NCBI GenBank assembly: GCA_965230955.1
Contig: OZ246404.1
Span: forward strand, 33,184 to 97,183
Source: an uncultured Candidatus Saccharibacteria bacterium
GTDB taxonomy: Bacteria; Patescibacteriota; CALEFQ01
DNA length: 64,000 nt
Direction: 5' to 3'
The notes under the pieces: generated by a model
What the model saw: the letters and a program-made list of their open reading frames with translations, nothing else
The model's database searches: none
Told to the model about the DNA's origin: nothing
In this document: positions 9,349 through 19,313 of the stretch, piece after piece
Layout of the letters: every line of letters begins with the position of its first letter
Position numbering within the stretch: the stretch's first letter is position 1
Translations under genes and position numbers: made by a program

Positions 9349-10688
9349 TAGGGTAATGCTAAATAAATTTCCGGCTGTTCTTGTCCGATTACCTCAATGG
9401 TATCCGTCAGTGTCGTGAAGCCGGGTTTGGTGATGGTGTAGGTATAAGTGCCCGGCGTCAAATCGCGGAAAAAAGCTTGGCCGAAATTGGTGGTGATCCT
9501 GTTTTCATCGTAGCCCCCACCGTTTTTTACCAAATGGATGTCGGCGTCGGCAATTATTTCTCTCGATTCGCTTCGAACAGTGAAAAGAATATTATAGGGA
9601 GTATATGCATCCAGATAGATGTTCAGATCCGTGGTTGTGGCGGGATTGATAGTCAGAGCGGTGACCGGATCGGGATTGGGCGCGGAATGATCAAAACCGG
9701 CGACGGAATATAGCGTCAGCGCCGGGCCGGTGAGCACGATTCGATAAACATCCCACTCCATGGCATTCAGTGCCAAGAAACCATCACTGTTAGTCGGGTG
9801 CATTTGGTCATATTTGTAGACCGGATTGCCGTCGGCGTCATCGCCTAATTTTTTTCTGATACCGGTGATTTTCAAGGGTACATCGGTTGCCGGCTGATTA
9901 TCGATCGCGTGTTTGGTATTTATGTTCAGAATGCTGGTTTGGTCGATAAAAAGCGTGACTTGGGTTAGTGCTCCATCCAGGATCGATACGTCTGGATTGT
10001 CCGGATCGGGTATGGCGAGCGAAGCCGGTACGGTATAATCAGTGCTGAGACCGGTTTTACTGGCCGAAACATGGTAGTTGTTGGTGCTGGGATCGAGCAT
10101 TGGTTCCACCAGTTCGCCATCACTGTTGGTAAACCCTTCAATGTTCACGGCCGGGTCGGATCGGGTAATGGTCACCCGGGCGTTGCTGACTGGCTGGGTG
10201 TTGGCATCCTGTACGAAAATTTGCATAACGCCGGTGCCGGCTCCGGTTTCGACCGTGGTCGAAGAAAAATCACTGATGAGGACAGCCGGCCGCGGACAGC
10301 TCAGGCCTTCCCAGCAAACTTCGATCCGAGCCCTTTTGTAATCAGCGCTGTATAAATCAGTGGGAAAAACCCCGTCGTAAGGATCGTCAATGTAAGAAAT
10401 ATAAGTCTGAATATTGTAAGTTATATTGTCGACTGTCTGATTCTGCTCGGCCGGCAGATTGCCGGCGGGATTACCATTGAGCGTGCCCAAATTGGCATAA
10501 GGAAGGTTGCGCAGAAGTTCGAGTTGTTCATTGGCGAGATTGGTGGCCACGGTATTGCGCCGGTTTATTTCGCTGACGTCGATCACCACATTGATGGAAA
10601 AGTAAAAAGCCGTGGCAATAATGCCGAAAACCAAGACTCCAACCAGCGCTTCGATCAGGGTAAATCCGCTCTGTTTAGATGTATTCAT
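9348..10688 (-). CDS. prepilin-type protein with C-terminal beta-sandwich domains
   Basis: QSG/FTLIEALV; LTPGTYTYTITKPGF repeat type. Confidence 0.85.
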   Translation of the reverse strand: MNTSKQSGFTLIEALVGVLVFGIIATAFYFSINVVIDVSEINRRNTVATNLANEQLELLRNLPYANLGTLNGNPAGNLPAEQNQTVDNITYNIQTYISYIDDPYDGVFPTDLYSADYKRARIEVCWEGLSCPRPAVLISDFSSTTVETGAGTGVMQIFVQDANTQPVSNARVTITRSDPAVNIEGFTNSDGELVEPMLDPSTNNYHVSASKTGLSTDYTVPASLAIPDPDNPDVSILDGALTQVTLFIDQTSILNINTKHAIDNQPATDVPLKITGIRKKLGDDADGNPVYKYDQMHPTNSDGFLALNAMEWDVYRIVLTGPALTLYSVAGFDHSAPNPDPVTALTINPATTTDLNIYLDAYTPYNILFTVRSESREIIADADIHLVKNGGGYDENRITTNFGQAFFRDLTPGTYTYTITKPGFTTLTDTIEVIGQEQPEIYLALP

Positions 10689-11911
10689 TATTTTATGGCT
10701 CCGGACAAAGAATAGATAGGACTGATAATAGATACCGCTAAAAGGCCGACGGCTCCGCCGAGGACTAGCATCAATATTGGTTCAATGATGGATGAAATAT
10801 TTGCCATTTCTTGATCGACTTCATTTTCATAAAATTCAGCCAATTTGCTCAGAACTTCATCCAGTTTGCCTGTTTCTTCACCCACGGCCATGATTTGTAA
10901 AACGATCGGGATAAAAATATTGTCGTAGGGTTGAAATGATTGGCTGATTCCGACGCCTTTTTTGATTTGTTCGGCCGCGGCCAAAACCGCCTGGCGATAT
11001 TTCATATTTCCCAGAGTATCGGCGACGATTGTCAGTGAATCCACGATCGGAATGCCACTGCGCAAAAGCGAACTAAAAGTACGGCAGAAACGGGCCAGGT
11101 TAATCTTGCGGATTACCCCGCCGATTTTAGGTATTTTTAAGCCCAGTGAGCTGAGCAGAGTTTTTCCTTTTTCGGTGCGGAAAGCCAGGAGTAAAAAAAT
11201 TATCAAGACAATCGCACCGATCAAGAAGAAGAGCCAATTTTTACTCAGGAATTTGCTGGAATCGATCAGAATGCGAGTCATCAGGGGCAGATCGGCACCG
11301 AGATTTTCAAAAACGTCGATCAGCTTGGGCAAGACAAAAATCATCAGCATTGCTCCGATTCCAACCATGGTTACCACGATGACAATCGGATAATACATCG
11401 CTCCTTTGACTTTGCGCGTCAAATCGTAAGTTTTCTGGAGTTGGATCGAGAGCTCGTTCAGTACCCGACTTAAATTACCGGAGGATTCTCCGAGCTTGAC
11501 CATACTGGTGAACATCCGGGGAAAAACCTTCGGGTAAGCTTTGAGCGCATCGGCAAAGGCGGAGCCCTCTTCAACCCGTTTCTGGATATCGCGCAGCACT
11601 TCTCCGAAATATTTTTTACCTGCCTGTTGGGAAAGCACGCGTAGAGCCCGCGCCAAAGACAAACCGGCGTCGAGCATGACGCTGAGGTGCCTAGTGAATA
11701 ATATTTTTTGGAACATCGGCACGCCGCCGAGCTCCATTTTGAAGACACTTTTTTTACCGGCTTCTGTCCCGCCGTGCGGCGCGACAGCCTTGGTCAACAG
11801 CAAACCCTGCTCGCGCAGAAGTAGCGCCAGTGCATGTTCGTCCGGAGCGGAGAGCTCGCCGCTTTTCAATTGTCCCGCCTTTGTTCGGGCGGTGTAGGTG
11901 TAGACCGGCAT
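10688..11911 (-). CDS. pilC: type IV pilus platform protein PilC
   Basis: GESSGNL, AMYYP, GEETGKLD, IIEP. Confidence 0.95.
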   Translation of the reverse strand: MPVYTYTARTKAGQLKSGELSAPDEHALALLLREQGLLLTKAVAPHGGTEAGKKSVFKMELGGVPMFQKILFTRHLSVMLDAGLSLARALRVLSQQAGKKYFGEVLRDIQKRVEEGSAFADALKAYPKVFPRMFTSMVKLGESSGNLSRVLNELSIQLQKTYDLTRKVKGAMYYPIVIVVTMVGIGAMLMIFVLPKLIDVFENLGADLPLMTRILIDSSKFLSKNWLFFLIGAIVLIIFLLLAFRTEKGKTLLSSLGLKIPKIGGVIRKINLARFCRTFSSLLRSGIPIVDSLTIVADTLGNMKYRQAVLAAAEQIKKGVGISQSFQPYDNIFIPIVLQIMAVGEETGKLDEVLSKLAEFYENEVDQEMANISSIIEPILMLVLGGAVGLLAVSIISPIYSLSGAIK

Positions 11912-11917
11912 AAAAGA

Positions 11918-11966
11918 GTCTTTAGTCGTTGGTCCTTGGCTCGGCTAGAGACGAAAGACCAAAGAC
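11918..11966. repeat. inverted heptamer array (GTCTTTA)...(AAAGACC)
   Basis: Same family as 29211-29269 and 61724-61781. Confidence 0.7.
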
Positions 11967-11971
11967 ATTTG

Positions 11972-13699
11972 TTATTCTTTCGTCGCGCGCAGGACTTCTT
12001 CAATCGAAGTCACGCCGGTGGCGGCTTTGATAAAACCGTCTTCCTGCATGGTGATCATGTTTTCGTCTTTGGCTTGTTTGAGAATTTCGTCGGTGGAAGC
12101 GCGTGAGACGATCAACTTACGAATCGATGCGGATATTTCCATTACTTCATATATACCGATGCGTCCTTTGTAGCCTTCACTGTTGCACTGGCTGCACCCG
12201 CGGGAATGATAGAACTTCAGATCCGCGATGGTGCTTTTGGCGGTCAGGATTCTTTCCCGTTGCATGATTTTTATGATCCGGTCGGTATCAAATTCTTTCT
12301 TCAAGGTCGCCATATAAGTAGGATCCGGCTTAAAGGCTTCCAAACAATTACTGCACAGCCGACGCACCAGGCGTTGTCCGATCACGGTGTTGACCGTCGA
12401 GGCGACCAAAAAGGGCTGAACCTGCATGTCGAGCAGTCGGGGCAAAGTCCCGGAGGCGTTGTTGGTATGGAGTGTCGAGAGGACTATGTGGCCGGTTAAA
12501 GCGGAATGGATGGCGATTTCCGCCGTTTCATTGTCGCGAATTTCTCCGACCATGATAATGTCCGGGTCTTGGCGCAGGAGCGAGCGCAACCCTTTGGCAA
12601 AAGTCAGTCCGATGCGGGAATTCATCTGCGTCTGATTGACGCGCGGCATGCGGTATTCGATCGGATCTTCGACGGTGGCGACGTTGACTTCGGGTTTATT
12701 GAGAATGTGCAAAATCGCGTACAGGGTCGTGGTTTTGCCGGAGCCGGTTGGGCCGGTGGCGAGGATCAGTCCGTGCGGACGATCGATATTGTGCTTGATA
12801 ATTTCCAAAGCGGAATGTTGAAACCCGAGTTGTTCCAGTGTCAGGATTTTTTGTTCTTCGTGCAAAATACGCATCACGATTTTTTCGCCGTCGAAAACCG
12901 GGATGATTGAAACGCGGAAAGAAACTTTGTATTCATCGGTTTCCTTTTTGAAACGTCCGTCTTGGGGGAGACGATGTTCGTCGATTTTGAGATTGGCCAA
13001 AACTTTTATCCGAGCCACCAAGCCGGTCTGGACCGATTGCGGGAGATTGACGATGTCATGCAAAATTCCATCAATCCGATAGCGAACAATGACTTCGTCT
13101 TCCATCGGTTCGATATGGACGTCCGAAGCGTCCTGGAGAACGGCGTAATCCAGTAGAGTGTCGATAATCCTGATGATCGGGAGTTCGCGCGCGGCTTCTT
13201 CCACGGTAACATCGGCTCGGGTCGATCGCGCGTCAGCCAATATCTCATCAAACTTCGATTTCAGACTTTGCCGATACAATTTCAAAACACCTTCCAGTCC
13301 TTTTTCCGGCGTGTAATAAGGGATGACGGTTAAGCCGGTTTTTTTCTTCAGGCCTTCGATCGTTTCCAGATCGGTCGGATCGATCATGGCCACGTGCAAT
13401 TCTTTGTCGGTTTTTTCAAAGGCGACGATCTTATGTTTTTTCACCAGCGGTTCCGGAATGATCAGTAGGACATCCTTGGGAATTTTTATCTGATTGAGGT
13501 CGACCGCCTTGACGCGGAAAGTCCGGGCGATTTCCGCCGTCAGTTTTTTATCATCAATGACCCGGGCATCCAGCAGGACTGTGACCAGTGATGTTTTTTC
13601 CTTGGCGGTCTGCGCCAAAAATTCCTTCAATTGGGAAGGGGTCAAAATTTGATCTTCGACCAGCTGTTGGCCGAGTTTGCTGTCATCAATCGGGGTCAT
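11972..13699 (-). CDS. pilB: type IV pilus assembly ATPase PilB
   Basis: ASDVHIEP, RLPQDG, GPTGSGKTTT, LRQDPD, tetra-Cys motif, GYKGR. Confidence 0.96.
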   Translation of the reverse strand: MTPIDDSKLGQQLVEDQILTPSQLKEFLAQTAKEKTSLVTVLLDARVIDDKKLTAEIARTFRVKAVDLNQIKIPKDVLLIIPEPLVKKHKIVAFEKTDKELHVAMIDPTDLETIEGLKKKTGLTVIPYYTPEKGLEGVLKLYRQSLKSKFDEILADARSTRADVTVEEAARELPIIRIIDTLLDYAVLQDASDVHIEPMEDEVIVRYRIDGILHDIVNLPQSVQTGLVARIKVLANLKIDEHRLPQDGRFKKETDEYKVSFRVSIIPVFDGEKIVMRILHEEQKILTLEQLGFQHSALEIIKHNIDRPHGLILATGPTGSGKTTTLYAILHILNKPEVNVATVEDPIEYRMPRVNQTQMNSRIGLTFAKGLRSLLRQDPDIIMVGEIRDNETAEIAIHSALTGHIVLSTLHTNNASGTLPRLLDMQVQPFLVASTVNTVIGQRLVRRLCSNCLEAFKPDPTYMATLKKEFDTDRIIKIMQRERILTAKSTIADLKFYHSRGCSQCNSEGYKGRIGIYEVMEISASIRKLIVSRASTDEILKQAKDENMITMQEDGFIKAATGVTSIEEVLRATKE

Positions 13700-14067
13700 G
13701 AAATTTTTGTTTTGATCAGTTTCACTATTTCTTCCAGGGAATGATCGGTCTTAACCAGATAATCAACGACGCCATAGCGCTTGGCTTCTTGGATGGTTTT
13801 ATCGTTGCCGGAATTAGACAGTACCAGTACCGGAATTTTTTTGATTTCGGGAGTTTTCTCCCGCTCGGCCAAAATTTCCAAACCGGTCATCGAAGGAAGC
13901 CAGATGTCTAGTAAAACAAAATCAGGCTTTGATCGTTGCAATTGATCCCAGCCTTCTTTTCCGTCAGCGGACGTCAGCACGTTAAAACCGGCGGTGGTTA
14001 ATTCGGCGTTTAGGGCATAAAGCAGCGCGGTTTCGTCTTCGATGATGAGGATAGTGCGTTTAGTCAT
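13696..14067 (-). CDS. single-domain response regulator
   Basis: ILIIEDE, LLDIWLP, YLVK. Confidence 0.93.
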   Translation of the reverse strand: MTKRTILIIEDETALLYALNAELTTAGFNVLTSADGKEGWDQLQRSKPDFVLLDIWLPSMTGLEILAEREKTPEIKKIPVLVLSNSGNDKTIQEAKRYGVVDYLVKTDHSLEEIVKLIKTKIS

Positions 14068-14078
14068 GGCGATATTTA

Positions 14079-15413
14079 TTAGGAGGAATATTTAATCGGC
14101 AGAATAATTGAAAAGGTCGATCCGTGGTTTTCCTCGCTTCGGACGTGGATTTTCCCTTCATGGCTGGTCACGATATTTTGGGCGATATAGAGTCCCAAAC
14201 CGGTTCCCTTGGGACTCATGGTCTCGATATTTTTGGCGCGGAAAAACTTGGTGAAAAGTTGGCTTTGTTCTGATTTAGGAATGCCCAAGCCGGAGTCTTG
14301 GATGACGATAACCGCCTGCTTCGGGTGGCTCAGAGGCTCGTAGCTGAGTTTGATCGAGATCCGGCCGTGGCCCGGAGTATATTTGAAAGCGTTATCGATC
14401 AGATTGTTGAGTACCATCGCCAGTGCGCGGGAATCGATCATTTGCTTTATTTTTTGGCTGGGGAGCTCGATCGTGAATTGTAAATTTTTCTTTTCGGCCA
14501 GCAATTTGAATTTTTCGGCGGCCGAGGTGATGACATCGCTGATTGACCCCATTTCCAATTGGGGCTTCAGACGTCCTTGTTCAATTCGGGAGACATCGAG
14601 CAGATCGCGTACTATTTGGATCATTTCTTCATTGGCCTCGACTGTTTTATCCAGCAGTTCCTGTTGGGGCGGAGTAATTTTCAACAATAATTGTTTGGTC
14701 AAGATTTCCAGATTCCATTTCATGGTTGACAGCGGAGTCTTGAGCTGATGCGAGGCGATAGAGATAAAATCCGATTTGATTTCATCAAGCTGTTTTTCAC
14801 GAGTGATGTCATGAAGGACTTTGATGAATCCCATCGGCTGGCCGAAAGGATCCTGCACCGTGGTGGTCTGAACTTGTAATACCTGCGGACGGGGGTGCGT
14901 CAGAGTTATCTCTTCCTGGAAAACTTCGTTTTTTATGCGATTGTTTAATCCCGGGCACCAATGTAAAACGGTGAAAAATGATTCGAACCGCGCGTCTGTC
15001 TGGGGACGCCGGACATCCAGGCCGATGACTGATTTTTCGCTGACGCCGAGAAGTTTTTCCCCGAGCGGATTGACCATGACCACTTGGCAGTTGTTATCAA
15101 GCATGATCAGCCCGTCGCAAAGGTAACGGATGATTGCTTCGGTTTTGGCTTTCTCTCTTTCCGCGGCTTTTTTGGCCACTCCCATCCGATTGATTCCTTG
15201 AGACACCAAGTAGTTGAGGATCAGTAGAACCATAGCTGAAATGATCAGAAGCATGGCCAGAAATTCGATCGAAACATAAAGCCGGGCAATGAGATAGGTG
15301 CCGACCATTATTCCAATGGTCAGAAGGCCCAAAATGGTAAACACAAAATTCGGGCACTCCCAGGGAGGCAGTTTTTCGCGGGCGCAGGTTGGATAGAAGC
15401 GTTGATAGAGCAT
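14079..15413 (-). CDS. PAS-domain sensor histidine kinase
   Basis: Two TM, PAS, SHQLKTP H-box, NLIDNAFKY, DSGLGI, GTGLGL; start taken as ATG 15413 because upstream codons are repeat DNA. Confidence 0.93.
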   Translation of the reverse strand: MLYQRFYPTCAREKLPPWECPNFVFTILGLLTIGIMVGTYLIARLYVSIEFLAMLLIISAMVLLILNYLVSQGINRMGVAKKAAEREKAKTEAIIRYLCDGLIMLDNNCQVVMVNPLGEKLLGVSEKSVIGLDVRRPQTDARFESFFTVLHWCPGLNNRIKNEVFQEEITLTHPRPQVLQVQTTTVQDPFGQPMGFIKVLHDITREKQLDEIKSDFISIASHQLKTPLSTMKWNLEILTKQLLLKITPPQQELLDKTVEANEEMIQIVRDLLDVSRIEQGRLKPQLEMGSISDVITSAAEKFKLLAEKKNLQFTIELPSQKIKQMIDSRALAMVLNNLIDNAFKYTPGHGRISIKLSYEPLSHPKQAVIVIQDSGLGIPKSEQSQLFTKFFRAKNIETMSPKGTGLGLYIAQNIVTSHEGKIHVRSEENHGSTFSIILPIKYSS

Positions 15414-15496
15414 GTAACAAGTAACAGGTAACAAGTAACAGGTAATAAGTAATGAAAGGTTGCCCTTTTTGTTACTCGTTACCTGTTACTTGTTAC
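15414..15496. repeat. inverted heptamer array (GTAACAR)n...(YTGTTAC)n
   Basis: Occupies the entire gpmI-kinase spacer. Confidence 0.9.
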
Positions 15497-17041
15497 TTAG
15501 AAAAGAGCAGGGGCGGTCATCTCTTCTGGCACATCATAACCCAGAGCCTTGAGCATGGTCGGGGCGGCACTGCCCAAAATACCGTCTTTCAGTTTGAGCG
15601 ATTTTATTTGAGGCCGGTCGGAAATTATGGTGAAGGGAACGGGATCGAGGGTGTGGCTCCGGGCGATTGCTCCGCTTGGTTCGATCATTTCTTCACAATT
15701 ACCGTGATCGGCAGTGATGATGGCGGTGCCGGACTGTCGGACGACTTCGGCGACTACCGCTTTTATCCGCTGGTCTAAAAATTCCAAGCTTCTGATGGTG
15801 GCGTTTAGATCGCCGGTGTGACCGACAATATCAGGATTGGCGTAATTGACTAAAATGAAATCAAAGTGTTGATCCTGCAGAGCCGTGAGAATTCTGGTAG
15901 TAACAGCCCCGGCGCTCATCTCGGGTTTCTCGGCGAAACTTCTGACCTTGACCGACGGAATGTTGATTCTTTCTTCCAGTGGGTACGGCTTAGAAGAACC
16001 GCCATGGAAAAAATAAGCAACATGAGAAAATTTTTCCTCCTCGGCGATATAGAGCTGGGGAACTTTTTTGATCCGGCCGAAAAATTCCGGAACCGTGTTG
16101 ATCAAACGATTGGTGACGTAGGCGATTGACATCGGTAAATCGTCGCCGAAATTAGTCAGGCCGAGGAAAAACAAATTCTTCACCTGCGGCCCGCGATCGA
16201 AAAATTTGAAATCGGGCAAGACAAATGGTTTGGTCAGTTGGCGGGTGCGATCTGATCGCAAGTTGAAAAAGACAAAGGCGTCACCGTCGGCGACCAATGC
16301 TCGAGGCAGGTAAGTATCGCTGATAACCGTCGGCTCAATCATGTCGTCATTGAGTCCGTATTGGTAAGCGCGGTTGACGGCCGCAGCGGGTGTTTTCTCA
16401 TATGGGCCGATGCCGTGAACCATGGCGTGATATGCGCGAGCGGTGCGATCGTAATTATGGGCGCGATCCATGGCGAAGTAGCGGCCGCTGACCGTGACGA
16501 TCTGGCCGACGCCGGTGGCGGCGATACTTGCTTCTACTTGTTCCAGATATTTGATGGCACTTCGTCTCGGAACGTCGATGCCGTCGGTGATGGCGTGAAT
16601 GTAAACTTTTTTGATTTTTTGCTGTCGAGCCAATTTGAGTAAAGCGAACAGAAATCGAATGTCGGAATGCACCAGTCCGTCGCTGATCATGCCAACGAGA
16701 TGCAATTTGGAATTGTGTTGCCTGACATGATTGAGAGCGGCCGTGAGCGTTGGATTATCAAAGAAAGCTCCGGAATCGATCGCCTGATTTATGACGGTCA
16801 CGTCTTGTGGAACTATTCGTCCGGCTCCGAGATTGAGATGTCCAACTTCCGAATTACCCATAATTCCCGGCGGGAGACCGACACTGGCGCAACAACTTTG
16901 CAAGCGAGCGGTCGGGTAATTCTCTCGTATGGAATGCAAAAAAGGAGTCCGGGCCAATTCCACCGCATTACCTTCGCGGCGCGGTGAAAGTCCGTAACCG
17001 TCCAAGATGATCATAATTGTCGGGCCTGTTTTTGTTTTCAA
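15497..17041 (-). CDS. gpmI: 2,3-BPG-independent phosphoglycerate mutase
   Basis: ILDGYG, GNSEVGH, GRYFAMDR, NPDIVGHTG, TADHGN; start uncertain (TTG 17041). Confidence 0.92.
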   Translation of the reverse strand: MKTKTGPTIMIILDGYGLSPRREGNAVELARTPFLHSIRENYPTARLQSCCASVGLPPGIMGNSEVGHLNLGAGRIVPQDVTVINQAIDSGAFFDNPTLTAALNHVRQHNSKLHLVGMISDGLVHSDIRFLFALLKLARQQKIKKVYIHAITDGIDVPRRSAIKYLEQVEASIAATGVGQIVTVSGRYFAMDRAHNYDRTARAYHAMVHGIGPYEKTPAAAVNRAYQYGLNDDMIEPTVISDTYLPRALVADGDAFVFFNLRSDRTRQLTKPFVLPDFKFFDRGPQVKNLFFLGLTNFGDDLPMSIAYVTNRLINTVPEFFGRIKKVPQLYIAEEEKFSHVAYFFHGGSSKPYPLEERINIPSVKVRSFAEKPEMSAGAVTTRILTALQDQHFDFILVNYANPDIVGHTGDLNATIRSLEFLDQRIKAVVAEVVRQSGTAIITADHGNCEEMIEPSGAIARSHTLDPVPFTIISDRPQIKSLKLKDGILGSAAPTMLKALGYDVPEEMTAPALF

Positions 17042-17260
17042 GAGAAAAAATATCGTTTTAGGGAAAACGGGATAATCAAAAATATTATAGCATAAACACA
17101 TTGGGAGTCATAGGGAAAATTTATCTTCCGGTTCGGTCCCCGCTTCCGATTTGTTATTGACAAAATGTTTGAAAAATTATAGGGTCAGGGGTATTTCGTT
17201 GTCTGATGAGGTGTGTTTGGGGATATTCCAGGGTATTTTAGCTCAGAAAGGGGGAAATCG

Positions 17261-17560
17261 GTGAAGAAAGTTGAGTTAAGTCCCGCTTATTTGCGGAAAT
17301 TGGCGCGAGGGCTGGCGAAAGCGCTAAAAGCGGAAAATGGTGCTGATCAGGTTGTTCTGGTGTTCAAAAGACAAAGCCGATGCGTATTGGGAGAGGTTTA
17401 TGAACTTGAATCTGATCCCGAGCAGGTTCTAAAGAAAAGAGAGAGGAGGAAATACCGGAAATTTATTCGAAAGCTCGGAAACCTTCCCAAATCACGGGTT
17501 ATTCTGATCTCGAAAAAGACGTTTCGGGGACATTCATCCCGTGAAAAGAGGATTCGATAG
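17261..17560 (+). CDS. basic hypothetical protein
   Basis: GTG after AAAGGGGG; TTGACA at 17157; terminator 17575-17606. Confidence 0.55.
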   Translation: MKKVELSPAYLRKLARGLAKALKAENGADQVVLVFKRQSRCVLGEVYELESDPEQVLKKRERRKYRKFIRKLGNLPKSRVILISKKTFRGHSSREKRIR

Positions 17561-17729
17561 CCATTTATTGCCCCAGCCAGGTCAAGCGCGACCTGGCTGT
17601 TTTATTAAGTAACTGTGAGCAGGTGACAAGTAACAAAGGCGAAAATAAGGGAAAAGGGGCAAATTCCCGCTAGATCTGGGCATTGTTACTCTTTGTCGGT
17701 TGCAATTTATGCACGATTACCGTTGATTG

Positions 17730-17844
17730 TGTCAAAATATTTGACAGTGTATAGTTATTTAAAACTCTAAAGTATCAAATATTTTGACGATGTGTGTATG
17801 AGTGTCAAAAATAGTATTGACATAATTTCTAGCAAGAATATACT
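17730..17844. promoter_or_regulatory. operator-like palindromes overlapping a promoter
   Basis: TGTCAA-N5-TTGACA (17730), TATCAA-N5-TTGACG (17773), TGTCAA-N8-TTGACA (17803); TTGACA-16-TATACT. Confidence 0.55.
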
Positions 17845-17873
17845 CAGTGTAAATCGCGCGGAAGGAGGTGTTT

Positions 17874-18032
17874 ATGGATCCGCTTGGTTTTATCACATTT
17901 GCATTGATCGTTCTGATTGGTGGTCCTACCGGACTGTGTTTCTGGGCACAGGATCGAGCTCGGAAGTCGACGGATGAAAAATCCGCCACAAGTAATTCCG
18001 AGAAAAAAGAATCTCCAGAAAAGAAATCATAG
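17874..18032 (+). CDS. 52-aa single-TM protein (not in ORF track)
   Basis: AAGGAGGTG SD; MDPLGFITFALIVLIGGPTGLCFWAQDRARKS...EKKS. Confidence 0.65.
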   Translation: MDPLGFITFALIVLIGGPTGLCFWAQDRARKSTDEKSATSNSEKKESPEKKS

Positions 18033-18158
18033 GCGATGTCAGTGGCGGGTATCGCCTTGAATAGATCGCCAGGGGAGATTAACTTTCTCCCCTTTTTTTA
18101 TGAAAACAAAATCCCCTTCTCTGCTGTCAGAGGGGGATTTTGTATCTGTCGGCGGAAT

Positions 18159-19313
18159 CTAGAATGATACTTGGCTACTGTAAATTTTGAGATGCTCGAT
18201 TTGAGATTCGCTGAGATTCTTGGCGTGATCTACCGCTTCGTTTACCAAATCTTTGGAGAATGTCTGGCTCTCGCCCACGGCGACTCGGTGATTACCGGTG
18301 CGGTTTTGCAGATAATCTTCAATGTAGATGCGCTGTTCGGCGCTCAAATCATTACTAACTTGCCCACTATTCATGGCGGAGGTCAGTGCCTTGCGCGCCA
18401 GTTTGGTAATGCTATCGCCGGATTCGGCTGTTACTTCGATGCCGTCGCTGGTTACGGTAGCTGGTTTGACTGGTTCAACATTATTTTCTTCCTGAGCCGG
18501 TGTTTCGGCGACGACTTCCGTTTTGGTGGTGGTATCCTCGATCACGGTCACTTCTTTTTCCGCTTCGGTCACTGATTGCTGAGCCAGCTTCTGTTTGGCT
18601 TCTTCGCTTTGTTCGGTGGCTTTCGTTACCGCTTGGTCAATCGTCGCGGTCAGTTTCTCGGTGTTGTCGTTGATCACGGTCATGACTTGATCTTTGGCAG
18701 ACGCCAACTGCTCGTTCGCCGGTGTCAGAGCGGTTTCCAGCTGTTCCACAGTGGTTTTGGCTAGAGTTTTGCTTTGTAAATTAGTTAGTGATTTCAAGGT
18801 TGTCTGGGACAGGCTATCAACTTTCTTTTTGGCGCTGGCCAATCCCTGATCGATCGTTTTGTCCGCGGTTTTCTTGAAATTATCATCCACGGCGGACAGG
18901 CGTTCGACGGCGGCTGCTTTTTTGTCGTCAAAATTAGTCAGGGCCATCTCGGTGGCCGAATTGATTTCATCGGTAGTGGCTTGCCAGGCGTTGTTGAACT
19001 CGCTTTTCAAAGCGGCCAGCTGATCAACCGGATCAGTCGCTTCGTTGGCGGTCTCCCCTGCTTCTTTGATGGGTTCGGCGCTGGCGGTTTCTTCCTGCTT
19101 CACGTCTTCCTTGGCCGTTTCGTTTTGCGGTTCTTCGTTGTTGCGGGCAAAAACCCAGATGACTAAAATTGCGACGACAATGACGATCATGGTCGAGACA
19201 ATGCGACCCTTGCGCGACGGTTGCATGTCGAGCGGTTCGTTTTCGAAGAGTTCGGGATCTTTTTTCTCGGACTTGATTTCCTCCTGTTCGTGTTCGTGGT
19301 TTTTCTTTGACAT
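18159..19313 (-). CDS. membrane-anchored coiled-coil hypothetical protein
   Basis: One TM, long helical stalk, C-terminal globular domain (GDSITKLARKAL, IYIEDYL). Confidence 0.8.
   Translation of the reverse strand: MSKKNHEHEQEEIKSEKKDPELFENEPLDMQPSRKGRIVSTMIVIVVAILVIWVFARNNEEPQNETAKEDVKQEETASAEPIKEAGETANEATDPVDQLAALKSEFNNAWQATTDEINSATEMALTNFDDKKAAAVERLSAVDDNFKKTADKTIDQGLASAKKKVDSLSQTTLKSLTNLQSKTLAKTTVEQLETALTPANEQLASAKDQVMTVINDNTEKLTATIDQAVTKATEQSEEAKQKLAQQSVTEAEKEVTVIEDTTTKTEVVAETPAQEENNVEPVKPATVTSDGIEVTAESGDSITKLARKALTSAMNSGQVSNDLSAEQRIYIEDYLQNRTGNHRVAVGESQTFSKDLVNEAVDHAKNLSESQIEHLKIYSSQVSF

Noticed and set aside
15414-15434. MLPVTCY N-terminal extension of the kinase (also ORF at 39801-40151)
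   Set aside because: Translation of the GTAACAR repeat
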